From Promethearchaeota archaeon (lineage in GTDB: Archaea; Asgardarchaeota; Lokiarchaeia; Sigyniarchaeales; SOKP01), in assembly GCA_016839705.1 (NCBI GenBank), contig JAEOTR010000057.1, forward strand, positions 62,601 to 126,600: a stretch of DNA of 64,000 nt, in the 5' to 3' direction. The notes under the pieces are model-generated. The model was not told the origin of the DNA. It ran no database searches and saw only the letters and a program-made list of their open reading frames with translations. This document shows, piece after piece, positions 20,980 to 29,689 of this stretch; within the stretch, counting starts at the first letter, position 1; each line of letters opens with the position of its first letter. Made by a program: the position numbers and the translations under genes.

Positions 20980-21684
20980 ATGAAAACTAAAAATGCTAAA
21001 ATTTTACATTTTTTTAGATTTACACTAATTTTATTATCTCTTGCTTTTCTATCAATTGTCTTATATTTAGTTTTCTCTTATGAAATTCCGTTTTTTGATC
21101 CTACAATAAATACCATTAAATTTGTCATAATTGTTCTTTTAATACCACTATTAGCATTTATAACTATTTTAGCTGCTCTTACAATCAAAGAATACAAGGC
21201 CTATTTTGTGAGGAGAACTCATATTAAACAGGGAAGATCCTATCTGACCCTTACTGATATTTTTGAAAATGAAAACCGTATAAATCTCATAAATCAAATC
21301 CTAAGGAATCCCGGTATTCATCATAACGAATTACTACGAAAATGTGAATTACAAAAAGGACAATTACAATATCATTTAGATATCTTATTAAAGTACAACA
21401 TTATAAAAAAGGAAAAATATGGGCAATTTACAATTTATTTTCCGATTACAACATCATTTGATGCAGAAGAGTATTTAGAAAATCTTATCGCAAAATCAAA
21501 AACCACTTCAGAAATCTTGAATATTATTAAAAAAACTCCCGGAATTAATTCTTCTGAAATATCACGAATTCTGAATATTTCTCGTAATACTGTGAAATAT
21601 CACATTGATAAATTATCACAAGAAAAGCTAGTAAAATTAACTAAAAAAGGTCGCACAATAGAATTATATCCTATTCTTAATTAA
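20980..21684 (+). CDS. Membrane-anchored transcriptional regulator with two winged-HTH domains (COG3398-like)
   Basis: Two N-terminal TM helices, then NPGIHHNEL...GQLQYHLDIL and TPGINSSEISRILNISRNTVKYHIDKL. Confidence 0.85.
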   Translation: MKTKNAKILHFFRFTLILLSLAFLSIVLYLVFSYEIPFFDPTINTIKFVIIVLLIPLLAFITILAALTIKEYKAYFVRRTHIKQGRSYLTLTDIFENENRINLINQILRNPGIHHNELLRKCELQKGQLQYHLDILLKYNIIKKEKYGQFTIYFPITTSFDAEEYLENLIAKSKTTSEILNIIKKTPGINSSEISRILNISRNTVKYHIDKLSQEKLVKLTKKGRTIELYPILN

Positions 21685-21791
21685 TTAGATATTCTTATTC
21701 TATTTTAATATCTAGAAAGATCTATAATAGACTTATCATTAATTTACTTACTTGATTCAATTTAGGATATAGCTCAAGGTTTAAAGAAATT

Positions 21792-22919
21792 ATGAATGCA
21801 CATGAAAGAGTAATAAAAACGTTAAATCATGAAGAACCTGATCGAGTACCTCTTTTCTGTCAAGCAATAATGCCTGGATTCGAAAGAAATCTGATTAAAT
21901 ATTGGGGTAATGAATATAAGCATGATGAGAGATATGTTTTATATTTTAGTGATTATAACCTTCATAGAAAATTAGGTTTTGATCTTTGCTGGGGATTTGG
22001 TGTAGTTCCCGCCAAATTACCACGAAACTTTTTAAAAGATAACCCAACTCCACAATTAGATGATCCAAATAAAATTATTGATATTGATGGTAGGGTTTAC
22101 TTAAGAAATCCTGAATTCAATGTACCTTGGTATTATGAAAACTATATTACAACAGAAGAAATGGCAGATTATTTTTATGACAGATACTATTCAATAGAAT
22201 GGGAAGAAAACTCTAATTTTATACCAAAGCTCAATAAGACTTTAAGCAAATATCCCCTAGATGAGATTGTTCCTTGTACTCACATAAACAGTATTTTAGA
22301 ACCTATTTGGGAAGGTTTAGGATTATCTTTATTTACGAAGTTATTAAGAAAAAAAAGATCTAAACTCAAAAAATACATTGATTTAAGAACAAAAATCTCA
22401 GTAAAGGGAGCAAAAGTGTTAGCAGAAACTGATTTTGACGTTTTCTTTCTATGTGATGACACAGCGTTTAAAAATAGAACAATGATTAATCCTAAAGACC
22501 ATCGAGAACTAATTATTCCTGCTTATAAGAAGATTCTTCATGAGTTAAATAAAGCAGGAAAATATGCGATTTTTCATTCAGATGGTTATACTGAACCCTA
22601 CTTTGATGGGTTGATTGAGGCAGGATTTAAAGGGGTTGAATCTTTAGAACCAATGGCGGGCATGAATTTAAAACATTTAAAGGACACATATGGGGATAAA
22701 CTCTGTTTAATTGGGAATATAGATGTTTCAAAACTTTTACCTTTCGGCACAACAGATGAAGTTACACAATCAGTAAAAAAATGTATAAAAGATGCCGGTG
22801 AAGGTGGAGGATATATGCTGAGCGCCTGTACAGATATAACGAATGCATGTAAACTTGAAAATATTTTTACTATGATTTCTGCCACAAAGAAATATGGGAA
22901 ATATCCACTAAAATTATGA
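21792..22919 (+). CDS. Uroporphyrinogen decarboxylase / MtaA-CmuA (MT2) methyltransferase family protein
   Basis: MNAHERV..LNHEEPDRVP, CDD, FHSDG, LIGNID, GGGYMLS. Confidence 0.82.
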   Translation: MNAHERVIKTLNHEEPDRVPLFCQAIMPGFERNLIKYWGNEYKHDERYVLYFSDYNLHRKLGFDLCWGFGVVPAKLPRNFLKDNPTPQLDDPNKIIDIDGRVYLRNPEFNVPWYYENYITTEEMADYFYDRYYSIEWEENSNFIPKLNKTLSKYPLDEIVPCTHINSILEPIWEGLGLSLFTKLLRKKRSKLKKYIDLRTKISVKGAKVLAETDFDVFFLCDDTAFKNRTMINPKDHRELIIPAYKKILHELNKAGKYAIFHSDGYTEPYFDGLIEAGFKGVESLEPMAGMNLKHLKDTYGDKLCLIGNIDVSKLLPFGTTDEVTQSVKKCIKDAGEGGGYMLSACTDITNACKLENIFTMISATKKYGKYPLKL

Positions 22920-23047
22920 ATAAAGTGATTTTCTAATTTAAGGATAAATCTTTATTGAACTTGGTATGATATTTAAAAATATAATCATTAGTAACTCTAA
23001 AACTTGTATATTTATATTCTCATTAATATAAAAAGGAGAAAGTCCAG

Positions 23048-24718
23048 ATGAACGATAACAATATTGATTTGAAAATAAGAAGTAAAAGCCTATTCGATGG
23101 CATTAGCAAAACGCCATTTAGATATGGGAAAATAGAATTACTGAAGTCCTTAGGTTTAGACGATAATGATATTAATAATAAACCTTTTATTGGGATAGTA
23201 AATACTTGGAATGAACTCAATCCCGGTCATAAACATTTAAGAAGCCTCGCTGAAGCAGTAAGATATGGAATTATTGAAGCGGGGGGTGTACCATTTGAGT
23301 TCTGCACTATTGGAGCATGTGATGGAATAGCTATGGGAAATATCGGAATGCGTTCTATCTTACCACACAGAGAAGTAATTGTAGATTCAATAGAATTAAT
23401 GGTTGAGGCTCATCGATTGGATGCTATGGTCACGTTGTCGAGTTGTGATAAAATCAACCCGGCAATATTAATGGCAGCAGTAAGATTAGACATTCCTACA
23501 ATATGTGTTCCGGGGGGTTCGAATTTATATCAAGTAAGATTCATGCCGGGTTATAAAGGAATTGCAACGGACAATTATGAAGATTTTGCTCATAAGTTTG
23601 GATGTATTACATGTGCAACATATGGTGCCTGTGAAGCTATGGGTACTGCCAACACCACTCAGTGTCTAATGGAAGCATTTGGGATGACATTACCTAATGC
23701 TGGCACAATACCCGCAATGACTCAAATGAAATATATGATAGCAAAGAATTCAGGGAAAAGAATAATTGAATTATTGAAACAAGGAATAATTCCATCTCAA
23801 ATTATGACGAAAAAATCTTTAGAAAATGCCATTATCGTTGATTTAGCAATAGGTGGATCAACTAATTCAACACTTCATCTTCCAGCAATCGCTAATGAAA
23901 TGGGAATAGATTTTGATTTAGAAGTATTTAATGAGTATAATAAAAAAATACCAACTATTGTAAATGTTGCCCCATCGGGAGATTATGGAACTCCAGATTT
24001 ATATACGGCAGGAGGGATTCCTGCAGTATTAAGTAGATTAAAGGAATTTCTTCATTTAGGCTGTTTAACAGTATCTGGGAAGACTATTGGAGAAATTATT
24101 AAAAACACAAAAGTTCTGGACGAGAACATAATTAAACCGTTGAATGATCCTATATTTCCCGAAGGTGGGACTGTAATATTGAAAGGTAATTTAGCACCAG
24201 AAGGTGCTGTGGTTAAGCAATCAGCAATCAAGAATGAAGACATGTTAAAGTTTGAAGGACCTGCTATATGTTTTAACTCAGAACAAGATGTGACTGATGC
24301 TTTAACTTCGGATCAAGTCCAAAATAATTCAGTAATTATCGTTCGATATGAAGGCCCAAAAGGAGGGCCGGGTATGCCCGAATTACTAGCCGTAACGCTA
24401 ACCTTAGTAGGAAAACGTAATTTAGATAAGGTTGCTCTAATTACTGATGGACGTTTTTCAGGATACACTTCAGGACCCTGTATTGGTCATGTGAGTCCTG
24501 AAGCATATGTTGGAGGACCAATTGCTCTAGTGAGAAATGGAGATATAATCAAAATTGATATCCCTAACAGAATTCTTGATGTAAATATCACGAAGGACGA
24601 AATTCAAGAACGCTTAGAAAAATGGAAACCTTTTGAGAAAGATATAAAAAGTAAAGCGCTTTTGAAATACCGTTCCCTTGTAACCTCTGCTGCCCAGGGT
24701 GCAACCCTTAAATTTTAG
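23048..24718 (+). CDS. ilvD: Dihydroxy-acid dehydratase
   Basis: CDGIAMG, CDKINP, GTANT, GGSTN, GPKGGPGMPE, TDGRFSG, GHVSPEA. Confidence 0.9.
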   Translation: MNDNNIDLKIRSKSLFDGISKTPFRYGKIELLKSLGLDDNDINNKPFIGIVNTWNELNPGHKHLRSLAEAVRYGIIEAGGVPFEFCTIGACDGIAMGNIGMRSILPHREVIVDSIELMVEAHRLDAMVTLSSCDKINPAILMAAVRLDIPTICVPGGSNLYQVRFMPGYKGIATDNYEDFAHKFGCITCATYGACEAMGTANTTQCLMEAFGMTLPNAGTIPAMTQMKYMIAKNSGKRIIELLKQGIIPSQIMTKKSLENAIIVDLAIGGSTNSTLHLPAIANEMGIDFDLEVFNEYNKKIPTIVNVAPSGDYGTPDLYTAGGIPAVLSRLKEFLHLGCLTVSGKTIGEIIKNTKVLDENIIKPLNDPIFPEGGTVILKGNLAPEGAVVKQSAIKNEDMLKFEGPAICFNSEQDVTDALTSDQVQNNSVIIVRYEGPKGGPGMPELLAVTLTLVGKRNLDKVALITDGRFSGYTSGPCIGHVSPEAYVGGPIALVRNGDIIKIDIPNRILDVNITKDEIQERLEKWKPFEKDIKSKALLKYRSLVTSAAQGATLKF

Positions 24719-24782
24719 TTTATTATCAATTCAATTTTAAATTTAATTCCTCTAATTTTTGAAAACCTAAGAGATCCGCTTC

Positions 24783-25733
24783 TTATTTCTCAAATTCTAA
24801 AGACAAGGAATATATTTCAGCAGTAATTTTTTGATAAATAGCTCGTAGTACGATTTCAAAAGCCTTATTTTCAATATTTTGAGGTACTCCTAAATTCTCT
24901 AAAGTTTCTATGATTTTTCCTGGCTTTTTTAGCTTAAAATCGATATTAAAATCATCTTCTCCTAATTTTTTTTGCCAACTAGATAATTCTTGAATAGAGA
25001 TTTTTGGTACATTAAATTTGGATTCAATTTTTTGCTTGGTCACAACTTTTTCTAATTTCTTCTTATTCTTTGATGGTTGAGCAAGACTTAAATCAGTGAG
25101 TATTTCATTCTTAGGCTTTCCTCTTAATTCTAATAACAAAAATGGATTAAAATCTATAACACGTGCAAGATATAAAATAACAGAAGCAATATGTTTACAA
25201 GGAATTGCCTTATCAGGGCAAGAACAAGTGGCATTTAAACCTTTTGACGCATCTGGAAATAATGAGTAATCACTCTCATTAAAAATAGTGATAATTTCTT
25301 CTGGTAAGGATCCTTCTAATAATTCTATAAGGTTTATGGTTCTTTTTGTAAGTTTTTCTAAAAGAATTTCCCAATCTTTTTCTAGGATGGTCTCAAATTT
25401 TATTTTAACACGATAGGGAGTTGGAGCAGTACCTTGTACTGTTGCAAAAATCTGACCTGGGATAATTGAAAGATTATCGATTCGTCTCTTATCTTTTACA
25501 TAGTCAATTCCTCTTTGCATTCTGAAGGGACGCCCTATTTTTAAATTTGACTGAATCCATTGTTTTCCCCATGATGTTTTAGCAAAGTTTATAAGATCTA
25601 TTTTAATCTGTTCTACCTCTTCACGAGTATGTTGTCTTTCATATTCTGTCTTTCTTTGAGGTTTTCCCTGTTTTTTTCCCTTGATTCTTCTATTATTCAT
25701 AAATTCTTTTTTTCGGTTATCTATTTTCATCAC
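24783..25733 (-). CDS. SWIM zinc-finger protein, partner of the SNF2 ATPase
   Basis: CSCPD...PCKHIA, ATVQGT..PYRV, PFLLLELRG. Confidence 0.88.
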   Translation of the reverse strand: MMKIDNRKKEFMNNRRIKGKKQGKPQRKTEYERQHTREEVEQIKIDLINFAKTSWGKQWIQSNLKIGRPFRMQRGIDYVKDKRRIDNLSIIPGQIFATVQGTAPTPYRVKIKFETILEKDWEILLEKLTKRTINLIELLEGSLPEEIITIFNESDYSLFPDASKGLNATCSCPDKAIPCKHIASVILYLARVIDFNPFLLLELRGKPKNEILTDLSLAQPSKNKKKLEKVVTKQKIESKFNVPKISIQELSSWQKKLGEDDFNIDFKLKKPGKIIETLENLGVPQNIENKAFEIVLRAIYQKITAEIYSLSLEFEK

Positions 25734-25742
25734 ATCTCCTTT

Positions 25743-28700
25743 TTAATCACTTAACAGTAATAATTCTTTTAGTTTTTCATTATTCAAATTAGAAATCCAA
25801 GATTCTCCGGTGGATGTCACGATTTTTTCTGATAAATCTCTTTTTTCCTCTAATAAAACGTCGATTTTTTCTTCAATTGTTCGATGTGTAATGAATTTAT
25901 ACACATTCACTACAGATTTTTGACCAATTCGATAAGCTCTGTCTGTAGCTTGGTCTTCAACAGCAGGATTCCACCACCTATCAAAATGAATAACTGTTGT
26001 TCCTTGAGTTAAATTTAAACCCGTCCCACCAGCTTTTAAGGATAAAATCAATATTGGAGGACTTTCAATTTCTTCTGATTGAAAATCGTCTATTATTTCA
26101 CTCCTTTTCTTTTCAGGGACACTACCATGAAAAAAGAGAATTTGAAAGTTATACTTCCATTCAAGTATCTTTTTTATAATTGTCCCCATCTGTGTAAATT
26201 GGGTAAAAATCAAAACCTTTTCCCCATTCGAAATAACTTCATCAGTCATTTCTAATAATCTTTCCAACTTGTTTGACAAGGAAATAATATGTTTTATATC
26301 TTTATCTGATGCTGTCGACACGATATCTTTCTTAAGGTATTGATAAGGATGGTTGCAAATTTGCTTTAATTTAACTAATAATGCTAATATTAATCCCCTT
26401 TTCTTTCTATTGTCAACTGTGCTGTCATCCAGTGTTAATAATATCTCTTCAGTAAGATCTTTATACAATTTCTCTTGCTCCTTAGTCAATTCAATTGTTA
26501 TTTTCATTTCATTTTTTTCCGGCAAATCCTTTATTATTGATCTATCCGATTTAACACGGCGTAAAATAAAGGGAGCTATGATAACCTTTAAGTCATTAAT
26601 AGCTTCTTGATTTTGAAATCGTTCAATCGGTAAAATATATTTTTCTTGAAATTCCTCTCTATTTCCTAAAAGGCCAGGATTTAAAAAATTAAATAGAGTC
26701 CAAAGTTCAAGTAAACGATTTTCTATGGGAGTTCCACTTAAACAAATTCTATATTGACTTTTCAATTTCGATATTGCTTGGGTTTGTTTTGAAGTATAAT
26801 TCTTCATATTTTGGCTCTCATCTATAATAATGCCACTAAAATGAATTGTTTCTAAGAAATCAATATCATTTCTAATAGTTCCATAAGATGTTAGAAAGAT
26901 TCTATGTGCTTTTAAAAATTCTGGAATCTCTGAGACTTTTTTATATCGATTAGGACCATGATGAAGTATTACTTCTAAATTGGGGGCAAACTTTGTAATT
27001 TCACGTTGCCAATTAAACAGTACTGAAGTAGGACATACAACTAAAATACTCCCCTTCTTATTTGGATAGTTTTCTTTTAGATAAAGCAAAAACGCAATTA
27101 CTTGAATTGTTTTACCAAGACCCATATCATCAGCTAAACACAATCCAAAATTAAGTTTTGTCATATTTCCCATCCATTTAACTGCTACTTCCTGATATTC
27201 ACGCAATTTTCCATTAAAAGATGAAGGACAAGAGATATCTTCAAAAGAATCGATAGATTGAATTCGATTAATTATTTCATTTAATTCTCCTTTGATAATT
27301 ACATCATATTTAGTACCATTATCTTGCAGTTGGACTTTGCCAATTAATCCTAATTTTAAAGCATCTAAATAATTTTCCACATGGAATTTCTTAATATTCC
27401 TTAAATCTTCGAGGTCATTTTGAGCAATTAATACCCATCTTCCATTTAAATTGACTAATGGGTCGTTAGAATTAATTAAGTTATTGAATTCTTCTTCTGC
27501 AATTTTCTTTCCTTCAATTCTAGCATCCCATTTAATGTCTAGCATTGATTCGATACCAAATAGAGATGGTAGAGCGCTAGTTACTCCTCTTTTTTTCCTC
27601 GCATCCTCTTTTAAACGAATAATTAAACGGGTGGTTAAACGTTGCTTTCCACCTAATGTAAATACTTCAGGTAGAACAACGTTGAACCCACTTTGGATTA
27701 ATAGATCTTTCGGATATTTTAAAAATTCCATTACTTCACTCGAGGTAAGTTTAATCTCATGTTGAATGTCTTCTAAAAAGGCTCTCTTTAGGGGCGGAAA
27801 TATTTTTGATGCGGTTCCCAGCGCTCTTAAAATTATTTCTAAGTATTGCTCATCACCGTTAACATTTTTTGAAAATAGTTCTTTTTTAAGTTCATGTCCT
27901 TCCCAAAGCTCATTTAAAGCTAGGATTTTCTTCCCATTTTGAAATGACAAGGAAATTTTTAATATCCAATCATCTTCTCCCGTTTCTGGATACTCTAATT
28001 CCAAATTTAATGTAAAATCATATCTTAATTGGAATCCTATAGCAGATTGAGTCCAATTCTGAATTAATACCGGTAAAATAGATTCATAGAATTCATCAAC
28101 CATAAAACTATTATCCTTTTTAATAAGTGTTTTAAGAAATTTATAATCCCAATTTAATCGAAAATCGGGGCTCACTTCTCTTTTTATCTCGGTGCTATAA
28201 AATTCATCAAAAGTTTGAAATTTGCTTTTCTTTAAGGTAGATCGGATCAAATAATCTCCAATACTATCCAAAAATACCGTAAAAAGGTAAGAAGGATGCC
28301 AAAGACCATTCGTTTTAATGACATCATTTTCATGAATTATATTTATCGGAAGACAAAAAGCTGACCAAGAACTATGATTTAAAATAGATTTAAAACGATC
28401 ATTATCATATTGAGATTTTAAAATTAACCTCCAATGACTATTGTACAATTTCTCTCCAGTTGGTTCGATTACAGGGACAAATTGACCTTTATTTAATAGT
28501 TCAAACACTAATTTTGTTAGAAGAGCCCATGTTTTAATGGAATTACTATAACGAATTCTATTTCGATCTGAATTTTCAATTATTTCCAATTGGTAAAGTA
28601 ATTTTGCGGCAGGTGAAATTGGTATGATTTTTCCTATATGTGAAATAATATTACATATTTTTTTTGGGGAGCTCTCTTTTTTTTTGGTTTCTGATAAATG

Positions 28701-28940
28701 ATTAGGAATTGCGAGGTTGATTTTACATGATAAAAGCTTTTTTGTAGGAATATCCGGAAAAGTATGATTAATATGCTCAACCAGTTCTTTCTCAGATTGA
28801 TTTGAAGGTATCCATAAAATAAAAAAACTACTGTTTTTAGGGAGTTGTTTTACTTTAGAAATCAATTCAAAATTACTTGCAGGCTCATTCCAATATGCTG
28901 CAGGAATATAAAGCGATTCAAGTTTATTAGCCAATTTCAT
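25743..28940 (-). CDS. SNF2-family ATPase/helicase
   Basis: LADDMGLGKT, DESQ, SGTPIEN, KLKQICNHP, SLKAGGTGLNL, WWNPAVEDQATDRAYRIGQ. Confidence 0.95.
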   Translation of the reverse strand: MKLANKLESLYIPAAYWNEPASNFELISKVKQLPKNSSFFILWIPSNQSEKELVEHINHTFPDIPTKKLLSCKINLAIPNHLSETKKKESSPKKICNIISHIGKIIPISPAAKLLYQLEIIENSDRNRIRYSNSIKTWALLTKLVFELLNKGQFVPVIEPTGEKLYNSHWRLILKSQYDNDRFKSILNHSSWSAFCLPINIIHENDVIKTNGLWHPSYLFTVFLDSIGDYLIRSTLKKSKFQTFDEFYSTEIKREVSPDFRLNWDYKFLKTLIKKDNSFMVDEFYESILPVLIQNWTQSAIGFQLRYDFTLNLELEYPETGEDDWILKISLSFQNGKKILALNELWEGHELKKELFSKNVNGDEQYLEIILRALGTASKIFPPLKRAFLEDIQHEIKLTSSEVMEFLKYPKDLLIQSGFNVVLPEVFTLGGKQRLTTRLIIRLKEDARKKRGVTSALPSLFGIESMLDIKWDARIEGKKIAEEEFNNLINSNDPLVNLNGRWVLIAQNDLEDLRNIKKFHVENYLDALKLGLIGKVQLQDNGTKYDVIIKGELNEIINRIQSIDSFEDISCPSSFNGKLREYQEVAVKWMGNMTKLNFGLCLADDMGLGKTIQVIAFLLYLKENYPNKKGSILVVCPTSVLFNWQREITKFAPNLEVILHHGPNRYKKVSEIPEFLKAHRIFLTSYGTIRNDIDFLETIHFSGIIIDESQNMKNYTSKQTQAISKLKSQYRICLSGTPIENRLLELWTLFNFLNPGLLGNREEFQEKYILPIERFQNQEAINDLKVIIAPFILRRVKSDRSIIKDLPEKNEMKITIELTKEQEKLYKDLTEEILLTLDDSTVDNRKKRGLILALLVKLKQICNHPYQYLKKDIVSTASDKDIKHIISLSNKLERLLEMTDEVISNGEKVLIFTQFTQMGTIIKKILEWKYNFQILFFHGSVPEKKRSEIIDDFQSEEIESPPILILSLKAGGTGLNLTQGTTVIHFDRWWNPAVEDQATDRAYRIGQKSVVNVYKFITHRTIEEKIDVLLEEKRDLSEKIVTSTGESWISNLNNEKLKELLLLSD

Positions 28941-29092
28941 ATATTAATATCGCTTAATTACAATGAATATTATCTTTTTACTATTAACTATTAATTTAAT
29001 AAATTTAGAACTATAATTTTGATAATTAAAGAACTAACATAAAGATATCATCTTTAAATAAAAAGAAGTTTAATACTGTAATCATTATTCAT

Positions 29093-29461
29093 TTGGTGAT
29101 GAATAAATTGGTCGATATAGAAAAAGTAAAAAAAATATTTGGGATAATCTGGCTGGTAATTTTAGTAATTTTGTTTATTGCTTATCCATACTTTCCAGGA
29201 GATATATTTTTCTGGATGTGGTTGGCAATAATTTGGGCCATAATTGGCGGAGTAATAGGCACAATATTTTTCATGACTGAAAGTAAAAGAAATGAAAAGA
29301 TAATTGGGATTATTTGGGCAGTTATTTTGGTACTCCTATGGCTTTTTTATCCTTTCTTTCCAGGTAATACTTTAGCATGGATGTGGACTGCAATAATCTG
29401 GAGTATAATTGGGTTTATCATAGCGATAAGTCTTTTTATTTTCAAAAGGATTAAAAAGTAA
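29093..29461 (+). CDS. Small 4-TM membrane protein built from an internal tandem duplication
   Basis: Two copies of KI.GIIW.VILV.L...YP.FPG....WMW.AIIW.IIG..I. Confidence 0.78.
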   Translation: MVMNKLVDIEKVKKIFGIIWLVILVILFIAYPYFPGDIFFWMWLAIIWAIIGGVIGTIFFMTESKRNEKIIGIIWAVILVLLWLFYPFFPGNTLAWMWTAIIWSIIGFIIAISLFIFKRIKK

Positions 29462-29689
29462 ACAAAATAGAAATGAAAGAATCATAAGAATAAAGTAGAC
29501 CAAAGTTAAATTTTTTTTTATTGTATTATTTATTAATTTCTTTATAAATTAGGATGAGCAATATCTATCTATGGTGTTCTTAACCATAAAATATTTCTTT
29601 CAATAAATTTTTCATATCATATTTGTAATGAATTAGAGAATCTCAATTAACTAAAATGCTTTAACTCCTTTAAATTTATTATCATATAA

